Under the pieces are notes generated by a model. The model did no database searches and was not told where the DNA came from. It worked only from the letters and a program-made list of their open reading frames with translations. DNA of 64,000 nt, taken from contig OZ024764.1 in assembly GCA_964016885.1 (NCBI GenBank), positions 24,490,001-24,554,000 of the forward strand, read 5' to 3'. Position 1 is the first letter of the stretch; every line of letters begins with the position of its first letter. The position numbers were made by a program, and so were the translations under genes. Source of the stretch: Eledone cirrhosa. Lineage: Eukaryota. This document shows positions 10,248 to 22,200 of the stretch, piece by piece.

Positions 10248-13200
10248 ATGGCTGATATAAGAGTTGGGTTTCTGAATGTACGTGGCCTGGGACTGTCTTG
10301 GAAACAAGGCAAACTTTTAAACGATCTCAGGTCACATAGAATGGATGTAATGGCTATTTGCGAGTCCAGGATCAGCAGCGAGCACCAACTGGCGCCCCTC
10401 TTCGACGACTTTGAGATCTTCGCATCTCTCTGTCAACCGGGGGGTGGGGGGGGGAGTTGTCGTTCTGCTGCGAAAACACCTGGGCCTCGCCATACAGAAG
10501 GTGCACCTGGACCCGGAGGGTCGACTGGTGGTTTTAGACGTCGGCAGTAGTGAAAGTGGAGCCCTTAGACTAATAGCTGTGTACGCCCCTTTTTGGGCAG
10601 CGCGGCCGGAATACTTCCAACGTCTGGAAACTTTTCTGGGAACGTCCCGCTCCTTGCTTTTAGTGGGGGACTGGAATGGTATCCTGGATGCACGTTGGGA
10701 CTATGTAGGGGCATGTGCCAATAGAGGGGGGTGTAAAAGCCTCAAAAGGTTAATCGGCCGATTTGACCTGGCCGATAGATATCGACTAGATTTTCCGACT
10801 GTACCACTATGGACGTGGACCAATCGCAGTGGAACATCTAGGTCGTACCTAGATAGGGTCCTAGTTAGAGAGAACGATAGGGACACATTTAGCTGTCCAA
10901 AAATGTTCATGGTTGACTATTCGGATCACAAGTTAGTGACCTGCATAGCCAACCTTGATAGAACCCATAGACAGGGACCCGGTTACTGGAAGCTGAACTT
11001 GTCCTTACCGAGAAGCAAAGCTTACAGTAAACGGATTAGCACGTTAGTTAAGCAGAATTTGACAGGGGCAATTGTCAACAACAGGTGGTGGAGCTCTCTT
11101 AAGAGAGCAATTAGAATAGAATCGATAGGTTTTAGTCAGGAATTAGCAAGGGATAGGAACAAGACGGAAAGGGAATTAGTAGATAGAGTAGAAGAGGCGA
11201 TTAGGAGTGGCAATGTAGCCGGCGTGCTGGCATCAAGAATGGCCTTAGACCAGTTCTTTGAGGTGAAGCATGAAGGCTGCGTTGTCAGGAGTAAAATACG
11301 TGCTCTGGGTAATGAGGGAGCCAAAGCTGTAAGCTGGGCCCGAGTGACAGAGGCAAAAAGTGGGAACAAGTCCACGATTCGGTCTTTGAAGGACCAGGAT
11401 GGGCGTGTGATCCTTGAACCTGGGCAGATGTGTGCGGCCTTTCAGCGGCACTTTGCACGACTGTTCGAGAGGGGCGGCGCGCCGGGTGAGACTATGGATT
11501 TCAATCCATACCTCGACGGTCTGCCGCGCCTCTCGGCCGCGGAGGCGAAGTCCTGCGAAAGGACGATTTCAGCTGCTGAGATAGGGGCGGCGCTGAGCCA
11601 ATGCGGCAAACGCAAATCCCCGGGTCTCGATGGTCTACCATACGAGCTATATGTAGCGATGCCGGACTTGTTCTCCGATATCCTCGAAGCGGTCTACTGC
11701 AACTGGCAGCAGAACGGGAGAATTCCCAGTTCTGTGACCAAGGGCGTAGTTACGCTGGTGAGGAAGGATGAGAACAAGGGGGATGACATAAGTAACTTCA
11801 GGCCCATAACTCTGCTAAATACAGAGTTAAAGATTTTGGCCAAGGTGTTAGCGAAGAGGTTGGCGCTTGTCGTTGGAAACCTGGTGGGAGAAGCGCAGAC
11901 ATGCGCAATCCCGTCCAGGTCCATTCACGACAATCTCCACCTTATGCGATACATCATAGAGAGGGTAGGGAATGAACCCGGCTTTGGTGGGGCCCTGATC
12001 AACTTGGATCAATCTAAAGCTTTCGATAGGGTTGACCATCGTTACCTGGATGCGGTGCTCGCGGCGGCAGGCTTCGGACCCGTTTTCAGGGGTTGGATTG
12101 CTGCGATGCACAGCAGCAACGTCTGTTCAAGGGTCAAGGTGAACGGCCACCTCTCGGAGCCGTTCCAAATCATGCGATCCATCCGACAGGGATGCCCTCT
12201 CTCCTCCCTACTGTATGTGCTGGCTCTTGAGCCACTACTGCGGAAGTTGGAGCGGTTGCAGGGCATCCCTTTGGAACCGGGATTGCAGAAAGCGGCGTCG
12301 GCCTACGCCGATGACGTGACAGTAATGGTGTCGAAAACCTCGCAAATCGGTGAGATCGGCACCTTACTGGAGGAATATGAAAGGTTTACAGGAGCCAAGC
12401 TGAACCGGGACAAGTCCGTCGGTTTGCAACTCGGAACATGGAGAGGCAAACCGATGCCCTCCAACGACGTCGTCGGACGCTGGACGGAGGGCCCGGTGAA
12501 GCTGCTTGGGGTCTGGTTCGGACCAGACCTCCAGGTGGAGAGAAACTGGAACGAGGTAACGGCCAGGGTGTTTGCACTCACCCAGAAGTGGGCCCAGTGC
12601 AAACTATCCCTGAAAGGTCGAGCGGAGGTGGCGAATACTTATATAGCATCCGTCATCTACTACCGCTTGACCGTCGTGCCTTGCCCAGTGAAAAGACTCG
12701 CCAAAATGGAGTGCGCGCTGTTCCAATTTCTTTGGAACAAGCGGACCCCTTTGGTGAGGAGATCCATCTGCTGTCAACACCCTTCGAAAGGAGGGCTGGG
12801 GATGCCGTGGCTACAGATGCGTAAACACGCATTAAGGCTACGGCACCTCCAGGTATTCCTCACCGGTCAACCGGTGTGGGCCCCGTTTGTGAGGCGAGCC
12901 TTTCCCAGACTCGTCTCGCTCACCGAGCTGCAATCCTGGGTCAAGCAAAGACCGAGAAAAGTGGGCGACTGGCACATTGAATGTGCCCAGGCGCTCACGG
13001 CCCTCTGGAAAGCGGACCCGGCAATCAGTGGAGACTCCACCTCGACATTCTATAGAGGGTTGGTACGCAGCAGGTGCGACGATGCTCTCGGAGAAGCTCT
13101 AGGCATGGAGGAAGAGGAACTGGCCAGTCTGTTCGGTAGGACGTTTGGCCCTGGACCGATGGACAACTTCCAAAAGTCCCTGGCTTGGCAGTGCTACCGA

Positions 13201-13686
13201 GGGGCTCTACCCGTTCGAGACAAGCTCCACAGGCATGGGAGCCTGGGTAGAGATCCTTTGAATAAGATCTGTCCGAGATGCGTGCATGATGACGAAACCG
13301 TTGCGCACGCATTCGTACACTGCCCAGGCATTGCTGACCTGTGGGGCTATGTGGAACGACTACTGTCGAGGGTGGGACCAATCCGGTTGACCACCGAGTC
13401 CATTGTCACGATCAAACCGCCTCCCCCTTTCAAAAACGAAGGAGAGGCGGTTTTTCTCTGTGTGGTAGCCATGGCTAAAGAAGTTGTATGGTGGACGAGG
13501 CTGAAAGGGCTGAGGTCAGACACCTTTCTCTCCGGCCAACAACTGGTCCCCTTTTTCAAATACCATTTTAAAAGAAGGATCAGAATGGAGAGAGAGGTGC
13601 TCTACCCCAGCAAGTTTTATGAAAGGTGGGTGAAAGTAGGGAGAATGGCCAGAGTGAATGGGTCTTCTCTCTATATCAGCCTGTAG
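10248..13686 (+). CDS. ORF2 EN-RT-zinc finger, ~1145 aa if one extra G in the G-run at ~10439-10454 is removed
   Basis: ORF 10248 gives the EN N-terminus (MADIRVGFLNVRGL...ICES); ORF 10411..13686 continues GVVVLL...GDWN...SDH...YADD one frame over. Confidence 0.92.
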
Positions 13687-13923
13687 GTGAAAGAAGAGGA
13701 AAAAGCGGAGACGAGGGAAGCACCTACTCTTTGTGCTCCTGAGGAGAAGGGTTACACATTTTTTCCGGGGTGTGTGCGACCCATGTTAATGCCCCCTCCC
13801 TATTGAGGACTTCGTTTGTTGTTGTTATTTCATTGTTATATTTTTGTACTCGTTAATTATATGTAAACTTCCCCCCTTGTATCTGTCCCTACCTTTTGTG
13901 CCCTAGTGGCAAATAAAGAAACC

Positions 13924-14349
13924 ACTCTATATATACTATTGTATTTTCACAGTAAAGGCTTTACCTCACATAATATCTCACATAACATTTACATTACTCT
14001 ATATATACTATTGTATTGTCACAGTAAAGGCTTTACCTCACATAATATCTCACATAACATTTACATTACTCTATATATACTATTGTATTTTCACAGTAAA
14101 GGCTTTACCTCACATAATATCTCACATAACATTTACATTACTCTATATATACTATTGTATTGTCACAGTAAAGGCTTTACCTCACATAATATCTCACATA
14201 ACATTTACATTACTCTATATATACTATTGTATTGTCACAGTAAAGGCTTTACCTCACATAATATCTCACATAACATTTACATTACTCTATATATACTATT
14301 GTATTTTCACAGTAAAGGCTTTACCTCACATAATATCTCACATAACATT
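13924..14349 (+). repeat. 72-bp tandem array (~6 units) downstream of Tx1 copy 2
   Basis: Same unit and same junction (GAAACC|ACTCTATAT) as copy 1. Confidence 0.98.
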
Positions 14350-14489
14350 GAATCTATGAGATTTTGATGTTATTTATTTTGAGAACAATGTCATAACATC
14401 AGTATGAGTGGCCAGCTACAGCCGGTTTGAACAGAAAGAGGTGAGAGAATTCTGGCTGAATACAGAAGGTTGAAATGCTAAAGGATTAA
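14350..14489. mobile_element. MITE-like arm ending AAATGCTAAAGGATTAA
   Basis: ~80% identical by hand alignment to 4384-4520; terminal TTAA at 14486-14489. Confidence 0.7.
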
Positions 14490-14887
14490 GGGTACTCATA
14501 TTTGTGGATTGCTGAATCTCCCTGAGAACTACAGCAAGGGTACAAGTGCCTGTTTATTAATATGTCAACATACATCTCCTGCCTGCAACTAATTGGATTA
14601 ATATTTCTTCCTTTCAGACTCTCCACAAGTGGCCACCGATCTGAATGTCGCACACCAACAACATGTTCAATTAAACGATGATGATGATAGTGGTGATGAT
14701 GATGACAATGTTAATGACATCGATTGTTATGTATATATGTATATACATATATTCATATATATATATATATATATATATATAAGACACTCTTCCTACTATT
14801 TCAAGCGTCAAACTAATATATTCCTTCCATATACTGTACCGATTGTGTTGTTATTTCTGTTTACCTTTTACATACATACATATATAT

Positions 14888-15082
14888 CATCATCATCATT
14901 TTATGTCCACTTTTCCCTGCTTGCAAGGGTGGGACGGGTCTTATTCAGCACAGCATCTCTCCATTTGTCACAGTCCTTTGTCATCTCTACCGTGAGCTTC
15001 AGCAATCTGAGGTCTGTTCTCACCACCTCTGCCCATGTTTTTCATGGTCTACCTCTACCATGTCTTCCTTCAACTGGCATTT
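14888..15082 (-). mobile_element. RTE LINE 3' fragment (family A end)
   Basis: Reverse complement of the 3' end at 21930-22121 (CCACCCTTGCAAGCAGGGAAAAGTGGAC) with (GAT)n tail. Confidence 0.85.
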
Positions 15083-15988
15083 CTACAGCAAGCAGCAAAC
15101 AGCCACAGGAAACAAGTACCACCAAACTCTGGGAGGGCTCTGTAGACACAGTAGACAGCTTCTGCTACCTAGGTGACCGAATTAACAGCGGAGGTGGGTG
15201 TTCAGAAAGTACAATAACTAGGGTAAGAACGGGATGGAAGAAGTTCAGGGAACTACTACCACTGCTAGCTGCAAAAGGCTTTTCCCTTAAAATGAAAGGC
15301 AGACTGTATGATGCGTGTATCTGAACAGCAATGTTACATGGCAGTGAGACTTTGGCGCTGAAGGTGGAAGACTTGTGTAAATTAGAAAGAAACAAAGCCT
15401 GCATGCTCCGATGGATGTATAACAGTAATATACGTGAACGGCAAAGCATAAATGAATTGAGAGAGAGACTGAGCATTAGAGGAATCAAATGCTGCGTGCA
15501 GGAGAGGCGGTTGAGTTGGTATAGACATGTGATGCGTATGAAGGATGACAGCTGCATAAAAAGGTGCAGAGCACTAGAAGTTGATGGAAGCTGTGGAGTG
15601 GGGAGACCCAAGAAAACCTGGGATGAGGTGATAAAAGCCGACCTTACCCAATTACACCTCTCAAAGGCAATGACACACAACCGTGACCTCTGGTGTCTCG
15701 CAGTAATACAGAAGACCCAACTTCCCACAGGAACAAGCCGAAGCTGAAGCATATAGACAATATTGCCCCACCCCCTCCCACTGCAAAATGGTCGAAGAGG
15801 TGCCACGGAAAAAAGCACCCAGCACTCACTGTAAATGGGGTTGGTATTAGGAAGGGCATCCAGCTGTAGAAATCAAGCCAGAATCAGTTCTCGTATGAGC
15901 AAGACAAGGTCACCCGACCTGGCATTGCCCACAACAGGACAACCCATCTAACCCATGCTAGCGTGGAAGAATGGACGTAAAAACGGTA

Positions 15989-16020
<32 letters not shown>

Positions 16021-16021
16021 A
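15083..16021 (+). mobile_element. 5'-truncated RTE LINE (family B end) with internal stop
   Basis: VDSFCYLGD, MLHGSET, RRLSWY, GRPKKTW motifs; 3' UTR and (GAT)n tail. Confidence 0.9.
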
Positions 16022-16108
16022 TATAGATACATATATATATTAGTGTTGAAAGTAGAGCCAAGAAGATAAGTGTTACATTTCCAATTTCCTGATTTCTTTG
16101 GAGATATA

Positions 16109-16853
16109 TCTCTATATATAAAACTGTAGCTGTCTGTGTCTGTGTGTGTGTGTATGTGTCCTAATTTTTGCAAAGTCTATACAAATCCACATTTCTACTC
16201 CGATTGACTTGAAACTTGCATTTTTATATTCCTTGTGGTCTAAAGTTATTAACTGCAGCTTTTATTTTTCAATGTTCTGTTGTTAAAGGCGTTTTTTTCA
16301 CTAAAACTTTAAGCCCTTTTTGTCGGCAATTTTGTCTACAATGTTCAAGAGAGACAACTCTTTAGTATTTTGAAAGAGTTACCTCTCTTTATAGACTATA
16401 TTATCCCTATTTAAACGTACATCCCTTGAAATTGTTGATGGTGACCCCAATAGTAACTCCGAAGCGTTCGGCATCCAATATAAAAGTTCGGTCTATATCA
16501 GATTGTGTAGATTTTTGTAACCAACTAAAGTATCCAACTAAATTCCTTCATGCTCTCCACCACTGCAGTCCCACATGCTTACTGCTCTGGAACTATTGCT
16601 TTCATTGTACCATAGCACAACAAATACATGTTCAGTTTGTCGAATGCCTTTTTACTTAACCCTATCGTCTTGGCTTTCGTGGGTTGAACATTTTACTCTC
16701 AGGCACCCAATTAGGTTAAACCCCTGGTAATCTACGACAATTTTGTTTTATAAGCACAAAATGTAGACACCATCCCCAGGCCGTTTCAGAAAGGAGGGAT
16801 AAGCATGCCAATCTATGTTTAGAATCCTGAGCAACGCCGGGCCATTCTGCTAG
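16109..16853 (+). mobile_element. Non-autonomous Helitron-like element
   Basis: 5' A|TCTCTATATATAAAA then a (TG) tract; 3' GAGCAACGCCGGGCCATTCTGCTAG|T. The same 3' motif occurs inverted at 54392 and 63768. Confidence 0.7.
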
Positions 16854-16854
16854 T

Positions 16855-18118
16855 ATCATCATCATCATCATCATCATCAGGTTTAGCGTCCGTGTTCCAC
16901 GCTTGCATGGGTTTGGACGGGGGTTTTCCCACTTGAGGCAAGAGTGGTTGTCTTGCTCGCATAGGACTGTCTGGCGGGTTTTCTACAGTTGGATGCCCTT
17001 CCTAACACCAACCACATTTACAGTGTGGGGCTGGGAGGTTTTTACCGTGTTGCCTACACGGCCACATTACAGCGTGGACTGTCTGGCGGGTTTTCTACAG
17101 CTGGATGCCCTTCCTAACACCAACCACATTTACAGTGTGGGGCTGGGAGGTTTTTACCGTGTTGCCTACACGGCCACATTTACAGCGTGGACTGTGTGTT
17201 TTTTTGTTGTGACACCTACACGATCTCATTTGTTTCGGCCTGGATGTTGTGGGACCAACATAATTGTACATTGAAAGGGGCGGTGTGGATGGGGTGGAGG
17301 TGGTGGGACCGGGGGGTGTTTTGATAGAGATGCCTACTGACTGTAGTAGGTTTTTACTTTGTATTTAGGTAAGGCGGGTCTTCTCTATTACTGAGTACCG
17401 CCAAAGGTCTCGGTCCAGTGACATTGTCTTGGAGAGGTGTAAGCGTGTGAGGTCGGAATTTATCAGCTCGTCCCAGGTTTTTCTAGGTCTGCCTATTCCG
17501 TGGCTACCATCTATCTTTATTGCCCTGCACTTTGTTATACAGCTGTCGACTTTCATGCGCATCACGTGACCGTACCAACGTAGCCTTCTCTCGAGTAAAC
17601 AACATCTGATCCCTCTTATTTCTAATTTTTTCCTTAGTTCGTTTATGCTTTGCCGTTCACGTATGTTACTATTGCACATCCAGCGGAGCATGCAAGCTTC
17701 GTTCCTCTCTAGTCTGCGTATATCCTCTGCACACAATGCCCAGGTCTCACTGCCATGCAGCATTGCTGTTCGTATGCAGGCATCGTATAACCTGCCTTTC
17801 ATTTTTAGGGAGAACCCTAAAGCGGCTAATAGTGGTATAAGCTCTCTGAACTTTTTCCATCCAGTTCTGACTCTAGCTACTGTACTTTCAGAGCACCCTC
17901 CCCCACTGCTGATTTTGTCACCCAGGTAACGGAAGCTGTCCACTATCTCTATAGAACCCTCTGCGCAGTTGAAGGAGCTAGTATTTTGTGGGCACTTGCT
18001 GCTACTTATTGCACCAGAGCACCGGCCACATGTAAAATCTATGTTCTTAGTTAGCTTACCTGTGATCCCACTACATCTTTTATGCACCCATACTTTGCAT
18101 TTGGGACATAAAATGGAG
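16855..18118 (-). mobile_element. 5'-truncated RTE LINE with a duplicated 112-bp 3' UTR module
   Basis: ORF 17365..18087(-): HKRC...CGRC, VDSFRYLGD, MLHGSETW, RRLRWYGH, GRPRKTW; (CAT)n tail on the + strand. Confidence 0.92.
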
Positions 18119-18134
18119 TATATATATATATATA

Positions 18135-18483
18135 TTCATTTCATTCATTCATTCAATTCATTTTACGTCCACTTTTCCCTGCTTGCAAGGGTGGGACGGG
18201 AACTGATTCTGGCTTGATTTCTACAGCTGGATGCCCTTCCTAACACCAACCTCATTTACAGTGAGTGCTGGGTGCTTTTTTGCCGTGGCACCTCCACGAC
18301 CACTTTGCAGTGGAATGATAGGGACCCCAGTCCCTATCATCTCATTTCTACAGCTGAGTAAACTGGAGCAATGTGAAATAAAGTGTCTTGCTCAAGGAAA
18401 CAACACATCACCCGGTCTGAGAATTGAACTCACAACCTTTCAATTGCAAGGCCAATGCTCTAACCACTAAGCCATGTGCCTCC
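18135..18483 (-). mobile_element. tRNA-derived SINE (family 1) with RTE-like 3' tail
   Basis: Minus strand: A-box TGGCTTAGTGG, B-box GAGTTCAATTC, CCTTGAGCAAGACACTT core; tail matches the RTE family A 3' end. Further copies at 58133 and 60588. Confidence 0.88.
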
Positions 18484-18689
18484 ATATATATATATATACA
18501 GTGATGCGTATGATTATATATAGCTGTATATATGAGTGTTGCGTGTGTGTCTATATGTATGGGTGAGCGTGTATATATACATAATTGCTTGTATGGGATG
18601 GCAATGTATATTTGTATATGATAAAAAGCTGTGTTAGGAGATTGCCATTCCCTATCTCACCTCCACCACCTCCAGTATATGTCTGACAC

Positions 18690-21600
18690 TGTATGCTAAC
18701 CACTCCCTCGGATGGAGGCTCTATAAGCTGTAGCGTTGGTAACCCGTCTAGGAGAGCTAGCACTTCAGATAAATTGGTGCGTGGTGGAGAAGTCCCCTAA
18801 GTCCAGTAAGACAACTCCCTAGAACTGGTGGCACAAATAAAAGCACCCAGTCCATGCTGTAAAGTGGTGCTGGTGTTAGGAAGGGCCTCCAACCAGTGTA
18901 TTAATGCCAAAACAATTATGAGCACAACAACAAATATATATAGCAATAACTGCGTGAACAGAAATAACACTAACCATGTTAGGGCTGCGCACGGTAGTGG
19001 GGTGGCTGGTGCGGCCATGTGCGAGACCCCCCCACACCCCACCCCGTCATCAAACAATCTCACAACATGATTATAGACCATTTTTCTTTGCAGAAAAGGA
19101 AGAAATTTCAACAAATCAGGGTTTCCACATTTAATGTTGGCCCCCTGCCAGGTAGATCTGGTGAGATAGCGGAGATGTTAGAGAGAAGATATGTGGATGT
19201 GTGCTGCGTGAAAGAGATGATACGGAGAGGTGCCTCTGCGAGACTAATCACAGGCAAACATCTTAGCTATAAGCTTTTCTGTGTAAGAAATGATGGGCTA
19301 GGGGGAGTAGGCATTTTACTGGCTGAGAGATGAATTGATAAGACAATAGAGGTAGTTAGAGTTAGTGATAGAATAATTAAGCTTAGATTAGTTGTAGGCA
19401 AGAGACTACTGACAATCATCTCGGCCTATGCTCCCCAAGCAAGCCTAGGTAAAGAAGAGAAAGACTGCTTTTACGAGCAACTTTTACGAATAGCCGTAAT
19501 GACAGAGGACGGAGACATCGTTATGCTAGCAGGGGACTTCAATGGTCATGTTGGACAGCTCCAGGATGATTACACTGGGGTACATGCTGGGGACGGTTAC
19601 GGCTCAAGAAATGAAGAAGGAGTGAGACTTCTTGAAATTTGTGATGCAGGTACACTGACTATTTGCAACACTAACTTCCAGAAACCTGCCAATCACCTAA
19701 CAACCTACAAATCTAGCGAACACATAAGCCAGATTGACTTCATGCTAGTTAGGCAGCGGGACAGGCAGATGGTGTCAAATACCTGGTGGCATACCCTGGG
19801 GAAGAATGTACCCCACAGCATAGGTTAGTCGTTAGTGATATCTCAGTAAAGAAGAGACAACATGAAACCAAACATACAGGAAGTGCGGAAAAAGAAGGTC
19901 TGGAAGCTAAAAGACCTTTCACTAAAATATAAATTTAGGAAAGCCCTTTAAGATGTGTATGACAAAAAAGAAGACGATTTAGAGTCGTATGACATGGACG
20001 ATAACTGGAATTTCTTGTGACAACTTACTGCAGGTTACTGAAGAAACTTGAACTTGTGGTTGGAGCAGAGCTCCAACCAGACAGAGAGTGACCTGGTGGT
20101 GGAACAGCATGGTAAATAGAGCCATTAGAGACAAAAGACTGGCATGGAATTCTTGGAAAAATGGTGGGAGTAGAGAAGGATATACAGCCGCTAAGAGAGA
20201 AGCTAGATGTCAGGTCTACTTAACATGCAGGGAAGCTGAGAGTAGGAGGTTTGCCAATGTTCTGCGATGGGGAGATCAGAGACGTGCAGTGTTCCGCATT
20301 GCAAGGCAGTGTGTCAATGTAAATCAGGATGTCATTGGAGATAAATGTGTCTGGAATGATGCTGGTGCAATTAGTGTCATGAATGCTCAGAAAAAGGAGG
20401 CCTGGAAATGTCATTATGAGAGACTGATGAATGTGGAGAATGAAAGGGAGAGAAACTACCCTCAGTAGACCCGACAGAGGGACCAGCTATTGAGATTGAC
20501 GACTATAGGGTCCAAGAGGCAATTAAGGAAATGAAAAATGGTAAGTCCGGTGGACCGTTGGGGATAGCTGCTGAGATGCTGAAGGTATCAGGGGATGTAG
20601 GAAGTAAACTGGTTGCACGCATCATTAATCAAGCTATATATGGTGGTGTCATACCCAAAGACTGGTGCAGCAGTATTCTCATAAATTGAGGTAAAGATAA
20701 AGGGGATGTTCTGGAGAGGAGTAATTATAGGGGCATAAAACTGATGGATCAGGATATGAAAGTGACAGAAAGAATACTAGCGCAACTTAGAGAAAGGGTC
20801 AAACAGATGCCCTCTTCTTAGTGAGACAACTACAAGAGAGGTTCTTAGAGAAGAATAAACTACTATACTTAGTTTTTGTTGACCTAAAGAAGGCCTTTGA
20901 TAGGGTACCCCAATCTGTCATCTGGTATTCCCTAAGGAAACTAGGTGTAGAGGAATAGTTTGTGAGGACACTGTAAGCTATGTACAGAGGTACTGTCAGT
21001 AAAGTGAGAGTAGGCATGGAGTTTAGTGAGGAATTCCAGATACAAGTAGGAGTACATCAGGGTTTGGTCCTCAGCCTGCTCTTGTTCATTATAGGCCTCC
21101 AAGCCATAACAGAGGAGTTTAAGACTGGCTGTCCATGGGAACTTCTCTATGCTGACGATATGGTTCTTATAGCAGAATCAGGAGAGGAGCTAGAGAATAA
21201 ATTCTGGCTATTGCAACAGCAGTTGGAATCAAGAGGACTGAGAGTGAACCTAGCTAAGACTAAAGTGTTGATGAGTAGAAAAGAGGACAAAACTGTCATT
21301 CCATCAGGGAAATGGCCATGTTCAATATGTAGAAAAGGAATTGGCATAAATTCTATAAAATGCACACAATGCAGATCTAGGGTACACAAGAGATGTAGTG
21401 GGATAGCAGGCAAACTAACAGGTAGGGAAAACTACATATGCAGTAGATGTACAGGGAAATTTAACAGTAGAAGTCGCATTGATAGACACATTTTTCAAAT
21501 GCAGGTGGGTGCTATAGAAGTGGTGGATAGCTTCCAGTACCTAGGTGATCAGATTAGTAAGGGAGGAGGGTGCTGCGATGCCATAGTATCTAGAATAAGA

Positions 21601-22121
21601 GCGGGTTGGAAGAAGTTTAGAAAGCTGCTTCCTCTGTTGACAAGGGTTTCTCCCTACGAACAAAAGGCCGGTTATATGATGCCTGTGTGAGGTGTGTGAT
21701 GCTGCATGGTAGTGAGACACGGGCAGCAACTGCAGACGATATGCAATGACTGGAGAGAAATGAGGCAAGCATGCTCTGATGGATGTGCAATGTCAATGTG
21801 CATGAACGACCCAGCATAGATGAGTTGAGAGAGAAACTATGTATGAGAGGGATAAACTGTAGTGTGCGGGAGAGAAGACTGCGATGGTATGGACATGTGA
21901 TGCACATGGAGGATGGGTGAAGAAGTGCCAAGAAATCCCAGTGGAAGGAAGACGCAGTAAAGGAAGACCACGAAAAACATGGGTGGCGGTGGTGAGAGGA
22001 GACCTCATATCACTGAAACACACGGTGGAGATGACGAAGGACCGTGACCTGTGGAGAGATGCTCTGCTGATCAATAGGACCCGCCCCACCCTTGCAAGCA
22101 GGGAAAAGTGGGCGTAAAATG
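18690..22121 (+). pseudogene. Near full-length decayed RTE LINE (5' UTR, EN, RT, PHD-like finger)
   Basis: RVSTFNVG, AGDFNGHVG, QIDF, DLKKAFD, GVHQG, YADD spread over several frames with stops and frameshifts; 3' end GGAAAAGTGGGCGTAAAATGAT. 5' boundary approximate. Confidence 0.9.
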
Positions 22122-22200
22122 ATATGTAAAATCTCCCCATTGTGCTTCATTTCCCCCTGTTTGGAGGCACTTCATGATACTCCCCAGTAGAGGTTGGCAG

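Larger units (their letters stand above)
8292..13923 (+). mobile_element. Full-length Tx1-clade non-LTR retrotransposon, copy 2 (5632 bp)
   Basis: ~200-nt 5' UTR starting CTCGTATACGAG, ORF1, 21-nt spacer, ORF2, 237-nt 3' UTR ending AATAAAGAAACC; flanked both sides by the 72-bp array. Confidence 0.96.

Noticed and set aside
7693-14349. Flanking arrays as LTRs
   Set aside because: No TG...CA ends, PBS, integrase or protease; the protein is APE-RT of non-LTR type.
1-14489. Tx1 copies 1 and 2 as a tandem segmental duplication or assembly duplicate
   Set aside because: Array lengths and variants differ, arms are ~20% diverged and sequence beyond the arms is unrelated.
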